From Hyphomicrobium sp. (GTDB lineage Bacteria; Pseudomonadota; Alphaproteobacteria; Rhizobiales; Hyphomicrobiaceae): a stretch of DNA of 64,000 nucleotides. Positions 39,616-50,083 of the stretch are shown in pieces. Every line of letters begins with the position of its first letter. Position 1 is the stretch's first letter. The position numbers and the translations under genes were made by a program. The notes beneath the pieces were generated by a model. The model searched no databases, had not been told where the DNA came from, and worked only from the letters and a program-made list of their open reading frames with translations. The stretch is from the NCBI GenBank assembly GCA_035687305.1, contig DASRYA010000181.1:7527-71526 (forward strand), in the 5' to 3' direction.

Positions 39616-40248
39616 ATGGTCACACCCCGCAGCTACATCCGCGACGGCGCGGAGATATATCGCAACTCGTTCGCCATCATCCGTGCCGAAGCGGATCTTG
39701 CGCGCTTTTCAGGCCGCGCCGAGAAAGTGGCCGTGCGCATCATCCATGCGACCGGCATGGTTGAGATTGCGCGCGACATTGCGATGTCCGATGGATTTGC
39801 CGATGCCGCGCATGCCGCATTGAAGGGCGGCGCGCCCATCCTCTGCGACGCGCAGATGGTATCCTACGGCATCACGCGCACGCGCCTGCCCGCCAGGAAC
39901 GAGGTGATCTGCACCCTTCCCGACGCGCGCACCGTCGAGCTCGCACGGCAGATGGGCAACACCCGTTCCGCCGCGGCGCTGGAGCTGTGGCGCCCGTATC
40001 TCGGCGGCGCGATCGTGGCAATCGGCAACGCACCGACCGCACTCTTCCACCTGCTCGACATGATTGATGCGGGTGCGCCGAAGCCGGCCGCCGTCATCGG
40101 GGTTCCGGTTGGTTTCGTAGGCGCGGCGGAATCGAAAGAGGCGCTGGCGACATACGGCGGCATCCCGTACCTGACCGTTGCGGGACGCAAAGGCGGCAGC
40201 GCCATCGCAGTGGCCGCGGTCAACGCACTGGCGAGCGACACCGAATGA
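39616..40248 (+). CDS. cobH: Precorrin-8X methylmutase
   Basis: IYRNSFAII, IGNAPTAL, PVGFVGAAESK, GRKGGS. Confidence 0.95.
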   Translation: MVTPRSYIRDGAEIYRNSFAIIRAEADLARFSGRAEKVAVRIIHATGMVEIARDIAMSDGFADAAHAALKGGAPILCDAQMVSYGITRTRLPARNEVICTLPDARTVELARQMGNTRSAAALELWRPYLGGAIVAIGNAPTALFHLLDMIDAGAPKPAAVIGVPVGFVGAAESKEALATYGGIPYLTVAGRKGGSAIAVAAVNALASDTE

Positions 40249-41003
40249 CGGAGTTCGAAACCCTCGCAGGCGTGGCCGAGCCCGGGAAGCTCTACGGGAT
40301 CGGCGTCGGCCCCGGCGACGTCCGCTACATGACGCTGCGCGCCGCCGGGCTCGTCCGCTCCGTCGATGTGCTCGCCTATTTCGCCAAGCGCGGGCGCATG
40401 GGAAATGCGCGCAAGATCGTTGCACCGCTGGTTGCCCCGGCGCGTCGTGAGCTGAAGCTCGAATATCCGCTCACCGACGAGGTGCATGTTTCCGACCCGG
40501 CCTACGGCGAGGCGATCGCCCGCTTCTACCGCGAGAGCGCCGAAACGCTGAAGAACGAGCTTGGCGAAGGCCGCTCCGTGGGGTTGCTGGCCGAAGGCGA
40601 TCCCTTCTTCTACGGCTCCTTCATGCACATGTGGCGCCGTCTCGAAGGCAGCGTTGCCGTCGAGGTCGTCCCCGGCGTCACCGGCATGTCCGGCTGCTGG
40701 ACGCGGGCGAACACGCCCATGACATGGGGCGATGATGTGCTGTCCGTCGTGCCGGGAACGCTTTCCGAAGCGCTGCTCGTGGAACGCCTTACGCGGTGCG
40801 ATGCCGCCGTCATCATGAAGGTGGGCCGCAACCTCGCCAAGGTGCGCCGCGCCGTCGAGACTGCCGGCATGATCGACCGCGCGATTTACATCGAGCGCGG
40901 GACGATGAGCGAAGAGCGCATCATGCCGCTGCGCGCGTGCGTCGACGAGATAGGTCCCTACTTCGCCATGGTCATCATCCCGGGCAACGGACGGCGGATA
41001 TGA
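40245..41003 (+). CDS. cobI: Precorrin-2 C20-methyltransferase
   Basis: GIGVGPGD..MTLRA, EGDPFFYGS, MKVGRN, PYFAM. Confidence 0.93.
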   Translation: MTEFETLAGVAEPGKLYGIGVGPGDVRYMTLRAAGLVRSVDVLAYFAKRGRMGNARKIVAPLVAPARRELKLEYPLTDEVHVSDPAYGEAIARFYRESAETLKNELGEGRSVGLLAEGDPFFYGSFMHMWRRLEGSVAVEVVPGVTGMSGCWTRANTPMTWGDDVLSVVPGTLSEALLVERLTRCDAAVIMKVGRNLAKVRRAVETAGMIDRAIYIERGTMSEERIMPLRACVDEIGPYFAMVIIPGNGRRI

Positions 41004-41767
41004 CCGGCGGCAAGCTCACCATCGTCGGCCTCGGGCCGGGCGCACCGGAACTGATGACGCCCGCCGTCGCGGAAGCCCTGCGCGACGCGACGGATCTCGT
41101 CGGCTACGATACCTATCTCGATCGCGTGCCGGATACGAACCCCGCGCAGCGCCGTCACGGCTCCGGCAACCGCGTCGAGATCGACCGCGCGCGCCATGCG
41201 TTGCAGCTCGCAACCGAGGGCAGAAACGTTGCCGTCGTTTCCGGCGGCGATCCCGGCGTGTTCGCCATGGCCGCGGCGATCTTCGAAGCCGTGGAGATGG
41301 GTGAGGAAAGCTGGCGCCGCCTCGACATCCGCGTCGAGCCGGGCGTCACCGCCGTGCTGGCCGCGGCCGCGGCCGTGGGCGCACCGCTCGGCGGCGACTT
41401 CTGCGTCATGTCGCTGTCCGACAATCTGAAGTCGTGGGCGCTCATAGCGCGCAGGCTCGAAGCGGCATCGCACGGCGACTTCGTCGTCGCCCTTTACAAT
41501 CCGACATCGCGCGCACGCCCGAATCAGCTCGCCGACGCGTTTGCGCTGCTCCGGCAATGGAAGCCCGCCGATACGGTCGTCGTCTTCGTGCGCGCCGCAG
41601 GCACGGCCGAAACCCAGGTGCATATATCGACCCTCGCCCAGGCGCACACGGTGCCCGCCGATATGCGCACGCTCGTCATCGTCGGCGCGGAGGCAACCCG
41701 GCTCATCGAGCGGCCGGATGCAGCGCCGTGGGTCTATACGCCCCGGTCGGAGCGCGGCCCGCAATGA
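41000..41767 (+). CDS. cobJ: Precorrin-3B C17-methyltransferase
   Basis: VGLGPG, SGGDPGVFAMA, SLSDNLK, YNP, YTPR. Confidence 0.93.
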   Translation: MTGGKLTIVGLGPGAPELMTPAVAEALRDATDLVGYDTYLDRVPDTNPAQRRHGSGNRVEIDRARHALQLATEGRNVAVVSGGDPGVFAMAAAIFEAVEMGEESWRRLDIRVEPGVTAVLAAAAAVGAPLGGDFCVMSLSDNLKSWALIARRLEAASHGDFVVALYNPTSRARPNQLADAFALLRQWKPADTVVVFVRAAGTAETQVHISTLAQAHTVPADMRTLVIVGAEATRLIERPDAAPWVYTPRSERGPQ

Positions 41768-42507
41768 GCATTCCGCTGCCGCTCCAGCCACGCGCACACC
41801 GCATCGACGCTGTCGAGCGCGAGCCGCGCGGGCTTGTGCGGACGGGAGATCATGATCACGGGCAGGCCCAGCTCCCGCGCGGCGGCGATCTTGGCGTACG
41901 TCGCCTCGCCGCCCGCGTTCTTGCTGATGACGCAGTCGATGCCGTGCGCGCGCATCAGCGCGATCTCACCGTCGAGGCCAAACGGTCCGCGCCGATGGAT
42001 CACCTCGACGCGGGGCGGCAGGTCCTCCGCAGCGGGCGGATCGATCGTCCGCACGATGTAGAGATGCTGCGGAGCGGCGCGGAAAGCGGCGACCTCCTGG
42101 CGGCCGATGGTCAACAGAACCCGCCGCGGGTTCTCGCCGATAGCGCTGGCGGCTTCATCGAAACCATCGACGCAGATCCAGTCGTCGCCCTCGCGCGGCT
42201 GCCACGGCGCACGCACCACACTGGCAATCGGAATGCCGCAGAGCTGCGCGGCTTCGACCGCATTGGCCGAAATGCGCGCCGCGAAGGGGTGCGTCGCATC
42301 GACGATGGCCGCGATGCCGTGCGCGCGCACCCAGCGCGCAAGGCCGTCAGCCCCGCCGAACCCGCCGATGCGCGTCGCGACGGGATGCGACTGCGGCGCA
42401 GCCGTACGGCCGGCCAGCGACAGCGTGAGGGAAAAGCGGGCGTCACCGGCAAGCCGCCGCGCCAGTGCGGATGCTTCCGTCGTGCCGCCGAGAACGAGTA
42501 TGCGCAT
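41734..42507 (-). CDS. cobK: Precorrin-6A reductase
   Basis: [33 protein letters not shown]. Confidence 0.93.
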   Translation of the reverse strand: MRILVLGGTTEASALARRLAGDARFSLTLSLAGRTAAPQSHPVATRIGGFGGADGLARWVRAHGIAAIVDATHPFAARISANAVEAAQLCGIPIASVVRAPWQPREGDDWICVDGFDEAASAIGENPRRVLLTIGRQEVAAFRAAPQHLYIVRTIDPPAAEDLPPRVEVIHRRGPFGLDGEIALMRAHGIDCVISKNAGGEATYAKIAAARELGLPVIMISRPHKPARLALDSVDAVCAWLERQRNAHCGPRSDRGV

Positions 42508-43756
42508 GTCAGCCGCTGAGAATGATGCCCGGCCGACTAACAGCACACCGGTGCGCTGGCTGTCCATCGTCGGCATCGGCGAAGACGGCGTAGCGGGCCT
42601 TTCCGCCCATGCGCGCGGCCTGATCGAAAGCGCCGAGCTGGTCGTCGGGGGCGCGCGGCATCTCGCCCTCGCCGATGCGATCATCAGGGGCGAGCGCCTC
42701 GCCTGGCCCACGCCCATCGAAGCGGCACTGCCCGAAATACTGCGCCGCCGCGGGCGTCCCGTTACGGTCATCGCCACCGGCGATCCGTTTCACTACGGCA
42801 TCGGCAAGCAGCTCGCAGCTATCATTCGTCCGGATGAGTTCATCTGCATTCCCCAGCCCTCCGCGTTCGCCCTGGCAGCAGCGCGCCTCGGCTGGGCGTT
42901 GCAGGACGTCGCGCTCGTGAGCCTGCACGGCCGCGCGCTCGCCGGCATTGTCCGGCACCTGCAGCCGGGGGCACGCATCCTCGCGCTGTCCTGGGATGGC
43001 GAGACACCCGCAAAACTTGCTGCGCTGCTTACGGAGCGCGGCATGGGCGCGAGCCGCCTCGCCGTGCTCGAAAGCATGGGTGGTGAGCGCGAGCGCGTGC
43101 GTCACACCCGAGCATGCAGCTTCGATCTCTCCGATGTGGCGCCGCTCAACACCATCGCGGTCGAGGTTGCTGCGGACGCCCATGCAAAGGTCGTCCCACT
43201 CGCCGCGGGAATAGACGACGACCTGTTCGAAAGCGACGGCCAGCTCACCAAGCGCGAGCTGCGCGCCATCGTGCTCGCATCGCTCTCCCCGCGGCAGGGC
43301 GAGCTCCTCTGGGATATCGGCCTCGGCGCTGGCTCCGTCGCGATCGAATGGCTGCTACGCCATCCATCCATGCGTGCCATCGGCATTGAAGCCGATTCCG
43401 ATCGCGCTGCCCGTGCCGCGCGCAATGCCGAGGCGCTCGGCGCGCCCGATCTGCAAATCGTGAAAGGGCATGCGCCATCGGCCCTCGCCGGTCTGCCGCC
43501 ACCCGATGCCGTTTTCATCGGCGGCGGTCTCGGCGATGGGTGCCTCGAAGCTGCGTGGCGCGCGCTCAAGCCCGGTGGCCGCCTCGTCGCAAACGCCGTG
43601 ACGCTCGAGGGCGAGCAGCAGTTGCTGAAGGCCTTCACGGATCACGGCGGAGAGCTGACGCGCATAGCCATCGAGCACGCGTCGCCGATCGGAAGCATGC
43701 ACGCCTGGCGTCCCGTGCTTCCCATCGTCCATTGGCGGATCACCAAGCCATGCTGA
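42506..43756 (+). CDS. cobL: Precorrin-6Y C5,15-methyltransferase (decarboxylating)
   Basis: [46 protein letters not shown]. Confidence 0.93.
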   Translation: MSAAENDARPTNSTPVRWLSIVGIGEDGVAGLSAHARGLIESAELVVGGARHLALADAIIRGERLAWPTPIEAALPEILRRRGRPVTVIATGDPFHYGIGKQLAAIIRPDEFICIPQPSAFALAAARLGWALQDVALVSLHGRALAGIVRHLQPGARILALSWDGETPAKLAALLTERGMGASRLAVLESMGGERERVRHTRACSFDLSDVAPLNTIAVEVAADAHAKVVPLAAGIDDDLFESDGQLTKRELRAIVLASLSPRQGELLWDIGLGAGSVAIEWLLRHPSMRAIGIEADSDRAARAARNAEALGAPDLQIVKGHAPSALAGLPPPDAVFIGGGLGDGCLEAAWRALKPGGRLVANAVTLEGEQQLLKAFTDHGGELTRIAIEHASPIGSMHAWRPVLPIVHWRITKPC

Positions 43757-44133
43757 TTGCCGGGATAGGCTGCCGTACGGGCGTCAGTGCCGAAGCCGTG
43801 TTGGAGGCCCTCAGCTCGGCAGCGCGCGCGTGCCACGTCGAGGAACGGAACATCGATGCGATCGCAACCGCATCGGCCAAGGCCGGCGAGCGCGGTATCA
43901 CGGAAGCCGCCGCGCGGCTGCATCTTCCCGTGATCCTCGTCGATGCGCAGGATATGGAGCGGGCCGCAGCGGGCGCCTTGACGGCATCGACGAGAGTCCT
44001 CGCGCTCAAGGGGGTGCCCTCTGTGGCGGAAACCGCCGCGCTCGCCGCCGCCGGAACCGGCGCGCGCCTACTGGCACCCCGCACAGCCACCGCCACGGCG
44101 ACATGCGCAATCGCGTCAGGAGCGGACGCATGA
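43750..44133 (+). CDS. cobE: CobE/CbiG C-terminal-like cobalamin biosynthesis protein
   Basis: [25 protein letters not shown]. Confidence 0.85.
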   Translation: MLIAGIGCRTGVSAEAVLEALSSAARACHVEERNIDAIATASAKAGERGITEAAARLHLPVILVDAQDMERAAAGALTASTRVLALKGVPSVAETAALAAAGTGARLLAPRTATATATCAIASGADA

Positions 44134-44894
44134 CCATCTACTTCATCGGCGCCGGGCCAGGCGCACCGGACCTCATCACCGTGCGCGGGCGCGATCTCAT
44201 CGCCCGCTGTCCCGTGTGCCTCTACGCGGGCTCGTTGGTGCCGACGGCCCTGCTCGACAATTGCCCCGAGGGCGCGCGCATCATCGACACCGCGCCGATG
44301 TCGCTCGATGAGATCGTCGCAGAGTTCGCCGCCGCAACCGAGCGCGGCGAGGACGTGGCCCGGCTCCATTCCGGCGATCTCTCCATCTGGAGCGCGCTCG
44401 GTGAGCAGACGAGGCGGCTCGATGCGCTGAACATTCCTTACACCATCACGCCCGGCGTGCCGGCGTTCGCCGCCGCAGCGGCCGCACTCGGGAAGGAGCT
44501 GACGCTGCCCGAAGTCGCGCAAACGGTCGTCCTCACGCGCACCTCAGGCCGCGCCTCCGCCATGCCGCCGAAGGAGACGCTGTCCGCCTATGGCGCAACG
44601 GGCGCCACGCTCGCGGTCCATCTCTCCATTCACGTTCTCAGCAGCGTTATCGACGAGCTGCTGCCGCACTACGGCGCGGCCTGTCCCGCAGCCATCGTCT
44701 ATCGCGCGAGCTGGCCCGACGAGCGCGTGATACGCAGCACCCTCGGAAACCTCTCCGCCGCGGTCGCCCAAAGCGGCCCCATAGAGCGCACGGCGCTCAT
44801 CCTCGTCGGCCGCGCGCTGGACAGCGACAGCTTTCGCGACAGTGCGCTCTACGACGCCAGCTACCAGCGCCGCTACCGCGGGCGCCCGGAATAA
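44130..44894 (+). CDS. cobM: Precorrin-4 C11-methyltransferase
   Basis: [38 protein letters not shown]. Confidence 0.95.
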   Translation: MTIYFIGAGPGAPDLITVRGRDLIARCPVCLYAGSLVPTALLDNCPEGARIIDTAPMSLDEIVAEFAAATERGEDVARLHSGDLSIWSALGEQTRRLDALNIPYTITPGVPAFAAAAAALGKELTLPEVAQTVVLTRTSGRASAMPPKETLSAYGATGATLAVHLSIHVLSSVIDELLPHYGAACPAAIVYRASWPDERVIRSTLGNLSAAVAQSGPIERTALILVGRALDSDSFRDSALYDASYQRRYRGRPE

Positions 44895-44965
44895 CCGCGC
44901 ATCGATAGCCGCGCACCCCAAGCAGCCCGTCGTCGCCACCTCCGCAACACGCCCAGTGTACCCGC

Positions 44966-45763
44966 ATGGATCCCCTCCCGAACGACTTTCCGCTCTTTCC
45001 GCAAATGAAGGCGGGTGAAGTCTGGCTCGTCGGCGCAGGCCCCGGCGATCCGCGCCTCCTGACGCTGATGGCGGTGCACGCGCTGCGCAATGCCGACGTC
45101 ATCGTCCACGATGCCTTGATCGATCCCCGCGTGCTTTCGCTCGCGCGGGCGGAAGCGCACATTCACGGCGCAGGAAAGCGCGGCGGCAAGCCATCACCGA
45201 CCCAGCGTGACATCACGGAGCAGCTCATCGCCCTTGCCCGGAACGGTCAGAAGGTCGTGCGTCTCAAAGGTGGCGATCCCTTCGTATTCGGCCGTGGCGG
45301 CGAGGAAGCCAAGGCGCTGGCCGATGCGCAGATCCCGTTCCGCATCGTCCCGGGATTGACCGCCGGTCTGGCGGCCGCCGCGCTCGCCGGGATTCCGGCA
45401 ACGACGCGCGAAACCAATCACGCCGTCATCCTCGCCACCGGCCACCGTGCACTCGACGGGCCTTCCTTGCGAAGCTGGGAGGCGCTGGCGCGCACCGGGC
45501 AGCCGATCATCGTCTACATGGGGATCTCGAAGCTGGCGCAGATCGCGGAGGCTTTCCTGCGCGCCGGGCTCGATCCGAACACACCCGTTGCCATCATCGC
45601 CTCCGCGACATTTCCCGATGAGCGCGTACTGGAAACCGAGCTCGCCACCGCCGCGGTGGACGCCCAAAACAATGGCATGGCCTCGCCCGCGATCGTCATC
45701 GTGGGCCGTATCGCCGCGCTCAGTCCCGGTCTGCGCCAGCATCTGCTAAGACATAGGCCATGA
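44966..45763 (+). CDS. cobA: Uroporphyrinogen-III C-methyltransferase
   Basis: LVGAGPGDPRLLT, GKRGG, RLKGGDPFVFGRGGEE. Confidence 0.93.
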   Translation: MDPLPNDFPLFPQMKAGEVWLVGAGPGDPRLLTLMAVHALRNADVIVHDALIDPRVLSLARAEAHIHGAGKRGGKPSPTQRDITEQLIALARNGQKVVRLKGGDPFVFGRGGEEAKALADAQIPFRIVPGLTAGLAAAALAGIPATTRETNHAVILATGHRALDGPSLRSWEALARTGQPIIVYMGISKLAQIAEAFLRAGLDPNTPVAIIASATFPDERVLETELATAAVDAQNNGMASPAIVIVGRIAALSPGLRQHLLRHRP

Positions 45764-47073
45764 CCGCGAGCCGCCCGAAAGGCATTATCATCGCCGCGCC
45801 CCGCTCCGGCGCCGGCAAGACGACCGTCACGCTCGGGCTGCTGCGCGCACTGCGTCGAGACGGCATCGCGGCGCAACCCTACAAATGCGGGCCCGACTAC
45901 ATCGATCCCGCTTTCCACGCAGCCGCCTGCGGACGCAACAGCTTCAACCTCGATACGTGGGCCATGCGTCCTGCGCTGATCGAAAATCTGATCACGCGCA
46001 CGGCCGCAGATGCCGATATCGCCATTGCTGAAGGCGTGATGGGGCTGTTCGACGGCGCCGCAATTGCCGGGCAAAGCGGAACGGGATCGACCGCCGACCT
46101 CGCCGCTGTCACCGGCTGGCCGGTGGTGCTCGTCCTCGACATATGGGCCCAGGCGCAGACGGCAGCCGCGGTCGTGCTCGGCTGCAAGGCCTACCGTCCC
46201 GACGTCGTTCTCGCCGGCGTCATCCTCAACGGCGTATCGAGCGCGCGCCATGCCGAAACGGTGGAAGACGCCATCACCGCCCTGGGGGTGCCCGTGCTCG
46301 GCCGGCTGTTCAAGAATGCCGATATCGCGCTGCCCGAACGCCACCTCGGCCTCGTGCAGGCGGCGGAGACGGCGGACATCCACGAACGGCTCGATGGGGT
46401 TGCGGCGGCGATCCGCGATGCGGTCTCGCTCGATGGTGTCGTCGCCGCCGCCGTGCCGTTGAAGGCCCGCGGCGACAACAGTCCCGGCGCGATCCACCTT
46501 GCTCCGCCCGGGCAGCGCATCGCGCTCGCGTGCGACGCGGCATTCTCCTTCACCTATCCGCACGTCCTGCAGGGCTGGCGTGATGCCGGCGCGGAAATCA
46601 TTCCGTTCTCCCCGCTCGCCGATGAAATGCCCGACGCGGGCTGCGACGCGATCTGGCTGCCCGGCGGCTATCCGGAATTGCACGCTGCGAGCCTGGCGCG
46701 CGCGGAGAGTTTCAGGCGCGGCATGCACGCTGCGGCTGCGCGCGGCACTGCCATCCACGGCGAGTGCGGCGGCTATATGGCGCTCGGTTCGGGGCTAATA
46801 ACGGCAGACGGTGACCGTTGCGAAATGCTGGGTCTCCTGGGCCTCGAGACCTCGTTTGCCGCACGACGCTTGCATCTCGGATACCGCCGCGCGCTGGATG
46901 AAACGGGCCATGAAACGTTCGGCCACGAGTTCCACTACGCAAGCGTGATTTCGAATCCGGATGCCCCGTTCGCGGATATTCGCGACATTGCAGGCGCTGC
47001 CGCCGGGGACCAGGGCGCGCGGCGCGCGAACGTGACCGGCACTTTCTTCCACCTGATCGATACCGGGCCGTGA
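45760..47073 (+). CDS. cobB: Hydrogenobyrinic/cobyrinic acid a,c-diamide synthase
   Basis: SGAGKTT, KCGPDYIDP, EGVMGLFDG, ERHLGL, PGGYPE, ECGG, HEFHY. Confidence 0.95.
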   Translation: MTASRPKGIIIAAPRSGAGKTTVTLGLLRALRRDGIAAQPYKCGPDYIDPAFHAAACGRNSFNLDTWAMRPALIENLITRTAADADIAIAEGVMGLFDGAAIAGQSGTGSTADLAAVTGWPVVLVLDIWAQAQTAAAVVLGCKAYRPDVVLAGVILNGVSSARHAETVEDAITALGVPVLGRLFKNADIALPERHLGLVQAAETADIHERLDGVAAAIRDAVSLDGVVAAAVPLKARGDNSPGAIHLAPPGQRIALACDAAFSFTYPHVLQGWRDAGAEIIPFSPLADEMPDAGCDAIWLPGGYPELHAASLARAESFRRGMHAAAARGTAIHGECGGYMALGSGLITADGDRCEMLGLLGLETSFAARRLHLGYRRALDETGHETFGHEFHYASVISNPDAPFADIRDIAGAAAGDQGARRANVTGTFFHLIDTGP

Positions 47074-47182
47074 GCGCGGCTCACGATTGTCGTTTGCATC
47101 GCCAACGCACTCATCGCTGGAGGATACGATCAGCGTGCGGCAATCATACATCAGCCGGCAATGGCCAAATGAACAGATGCCG

Positions 47183-47419
47183 CTATTTCGCCTTCACCTT
47201 CGCGGACCGTGTGATGGATTTGATCTTGCTGCGCACGCGCCCCGACCGCTCCGCGATCTCCGCATCCTGCGCTTCGATGATGCCATGGGCGGGCTCGTCG
47301 CCCTCGAAGCCGCCGAGCAAGCTGCCGGGAACCTTTCGGTTCGATGTGCGCGATCCGTCCTCGTAGAGAACGTCGAAAAGCACAAAATCGGCTTCAGACT
47401 TCGACCGGTTGCGCGCCAT
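47183..47419 (-). CDS. Small conserved-looking hypothetical protein
   Basis: 78 aa; FVLFDVLYEDGSRTSNRKVP...IEAQD pattern recalled from small alphaproteobacterial proteins; RBS GAGGG. Confidence 0.7.
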   Translation of the reverse strand: MARNRSKSEADFVLFDVLYEDGSRTSNRKVPGSLLGGFEGDEPAHGIIEAQDAEIAERSGRVRSKIKSITRSAKVKAK

Positions 47420-47517
47420 ACGCCCTCTTAATCAAGTAACCAGACTTCGTTGCAATAGTCCGCCGCTGTCACGGACAAACCTGCTTTGCGGACACCGAGC
47501 CTCAAGTGAGAAATTCC

Positions 47518-47799
47518 ATGTCCAACTTCCAACGGTGGTCGCGATGGTTCGCCTGCGTGCGTGAGCTCGGCGCCGAAAAAACCAAGGCGGCCGCGCTCAT
47601 GACGTGGGTCGCGGCCCATGCGGCCGAAGACGGTACCGGTATCGAGTTTAGCGAAGGGTCCTGGGCGTCGCTTGGCGAAGAGACGGGTCTGACCATCGAA
47701 GAGGCGCGTCAAGCTCTCGAAACGCTGATCGCGCACGGGTTGATCACCGCCGTCGGACAGGAGACGCCGGAACGCCTCGTCGCACGTGCGGTGATCTGA
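47518..47799 (+). CDS. Hypothetical protein with winged helix-turn-helix-like C-terminus
   Basis: SLGEETGLTIEEARQALETLIAHGLI pattern; coding-like codon use. Confidence 0.6.
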   Translation: MSNFQRWSRWFACVRELGAEKTKAAALMTWVAAHAAEDGTGIEFSEGSWASLGEETGLTIEEARQALETLIAHGLITAVGQETPERLVARAVI

Positions 47800-47873
47800 A
47801 ACCTTCGAATTACCGAGGTCGTAGCTCTAGCCGGCGTTCATCGCCTTCGGGGCGGTGCCGCCGACGAGCAAGC

Positions 47874-48083
47874 TCAGGCGAGCTGAATGTTCTGTACCGC
47901 CATCTTGCCGCTTCTGCGGTCTTCTGCGGTGTCGAACGTAACCTTCTGGCCTTCAGCAAGATCGGTGAGACCCGCGCGCTCGAGCGCCGTCGCATGCACG
48001 AACACGTCGCGCGTGCCGTTGCTCGGAGCGATAAAGCCGTAGCCCTTCTGGGCGTTGTAGAATTTTACGGTGCCGTTTTCCAT
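47874..48083 (-). CDS. Cold-shock protein (CspA family)
   Basis: GTVKFYNAQKGYGFI, DVFVH RNP motifs; RBS GAGGA. Confidence 0.95.
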   Translation of the reverse strand: MENGTVKFYNAQKGYGFIAPSNGTRDVFVHATALERAGLTDLAEGQKVTFDTAEDRRSGKMAVQNIQLA

Positions 48084-48439
48084 TTCAGTCCTCAAACGTG
48101 TGCTAACGGACCGGCACGGCATTTCGTGCCGTAACCGGCCCTAATTTTCGAAAGATGGATGGTTCAAAGAATCGGGGCGCTGCTTTGGATCATGCGCCGC
48201 GGCTCGTCAGCCGGCCATACGTCGAGCAACATCCATGACCGATTACAGCGGCCGGCGCAAGGAAATTAAAAAATATTTCGCATGGAACCCGCGGCGGACC
48301 AGGGAATTCAACTGCCCTTACGGGCATTCTTGGACCACCATCCTATATTGTTTTTCATTACGGGCATTTCCGTTTGCGCTTTTTACCGGCGCACGGCCGT
48401 GATGCATTTCCCGTAAGAATGCCGATTGGGCCGCTTGGC

Positions 48440-49492
48440 TCATGAAGACTTGCCGCCGTTGCGTGCGGCGAGCCGCTTCACCGTCGCAACCTCGCGCGCC
48501 CACTCCTTGAAGGGCACGGCCGGTGTCCCGCCCATGCGCGCGCGCGGCGGCACGTCGTCTTTGACATGCGCCATGCCCGCGATCTGGGCGCCGTCTCCGA
48601 TCTTCACGTGGCCGACCACGCCGGAATGACCGCCCATCACGACGAAATCGCCCAGTTGCGCCGAGCCGGCGATGCCCGTCTGCGCGACGATCACGCAGTG
48701 GCGGCCGATGATGGCGTTGTGTCCGATCTGCACGAGGTTGTCGATCTTGGTCCCCTCACCGATCACCGTATCGTTGAGCGCGCCGCGATCGACGGTGGAG
48801 TTGGCGCCGATCTCCACGTCGTTGCGGATGATCACGCGGCCGATCTGCGGCACCTTCAGATGCCCCTGGGGACCCATGGCAAAGCCGAACCCATCCTGGC
48901 CGATGCGCACGCCCGCATGGATGATCGTGCGCTCGCCGATGAGGCAATGGGTAAGCGTCGCCCCGGGGCCGATGTAGCAATCCGCCCCGACAACGACCCG
49001 ATAGCCGATGACCGCACCGGCGGCGACGGTCGTGTTGCGGTGGATGCGCGCTTCCGGTCCGACGATCGCGCCCGGTTCGATGATGGCGCCCTCGTCGATG
49101 CGCGCCGAGGGATGGATCAGCCCCCCGTCGCCGAGCCTGTCCCGCGATCTGGCCGCGATGGGATGCAGCGCATCGGCATAAAAAAGACGCAACGCAAAGG
49201 CGAACGCGCTGTACGGCGCCTTCGTCTTGAGGACGGCCGTGCTCGTCGGCACCCGTGAGGCGAACGCCGGCGCAATCAGGCAGCCGCCGGCCCGCGTCGT
49301 CGCAAGCTGGTCGATGTATTTCCGGTTGTCGAAGAAGGCGAGATGCTGCGCGCCCGCGCTCGCCAGAGGACGTATATCCTCGATGTCCGCGGCGCTGTCG
49401 CTGATACCCTCCAGCTCCGCACCGAGCTGGGACGCGATGAACTGCAGCGAGAACGGCCCGGCTCTTTCGAAGAACCCGGGATGTTGCTGCAT
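48440..49492 (-). CDS. lpxD: UDP-3-O-acylglucosamine N-acyltransferase
   Basis: Hexapeptide repeats, IGQDGFGF, KVPQIGRV, DRG, KIDNLVQIGHN, GTPA. Confidence 0.93.
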   Translation of the reverse strand: MQQHPGFFERAGPFSLQFIASQLGAELEGISDSAADIEDIRPLASAGAQHLAFFDNRKYIDQLATTRAGGCLIAPAFASRVPTSTAVLKTKAPYSAFAFALRLFYADALHPIAARSRDRLGDGGLIHPSARIDEGAIIEPGAIVGPEARIHRNTTVAAGAVIGYRVVVGADCYIGPGATLTHCLIGERTIIHAGVRIGQDGFGFAMGPQGHLKVPQIGRVIIRNDVEIGANSTVDRGALNDTVIGEGTKIDNLVQIGHNAIIGRHCVIVAQTGIAGSAQLGDFVVMGGHSGVVGHVKIGDGAQIAGMAHVKDDVPPRARMGGTPAVPFKEWAREVATVKRLAARNGGKSS

Positions 49493-50049
49493 GTCGTTCT
49501 CCACGGGGCATTCCTTTTTGTTGAGCCGGCACCGGGTCACCACAGCGCGTTGAAACGCTCCGAAAATACGACCGCGGTTCACCGATGGGCTAAGTCAAAG
49601 ACGTGTAGTGCTTATGAAGGTCGCGTTGACATCCCGTCGGCCCCGGCTGCGGCTCGGCAGATCTCGCCAGCCCCCGATTGGCCCTGCCGCAGGCGCTGTC
49701 CCCACACTTCAGCGTCCGCTGTGCTTCGCGAAGTGTTCTATCGGGAAGCTCGGGTGTTTCTTGCGCGACGCCTCGCGGTCGTCATGAGGCGGACACGTGG
49801 GCCCTCCGGGCTGCAGGCGGGAGCGTACAAATCTCTCGGCCACCGGCGCCTGAATCGCCGAACCGGTGGTAGCGGCAATCTGCGCCTACCGCGTTGAAAT
49901 GTCGAGGAGCAACCTGGGCAAGTGGTAACCGGCGCCCATGGCAGGGGCGCGATCGAACGGACGCGCGCTGCCCTGGATGGCCAAGCGCGCTTCGTGACAT
50001 TTGGGCATCGGACCGCGCATCGCGCTCGCGTGTCACATTCGCGCTCCTG

Positions 50050-50078
50050 TTGACAGCGATCGGCAAGTATCCTGCAAT
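50050..50078 (+). promoter_or_regulatory. Candidate sigma70 promoter for riboswitch/TBDR transcript
   Basis: TTGACA-17 nt-TGCAAT ending 5 nt before the riboswitch stem. Confidence 0.6.
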
Positions 50079-50083
50079 AGGGG

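Noticed and set aside
27418-47073. cob cluster as a genomic island integrated at the tRNA
   Set aside because: No integrase, no duplicated tRNA 3' end noticed and no evident compositional shift
28229-47073. Absence of cobS/T, cobP, cobC/D, cobU/V and bluB as a sign of an incomplete pathway
   Set aside because: These genes are commonly located elsewhere in alphaproteobacterial genomes; cannot be judged from one window
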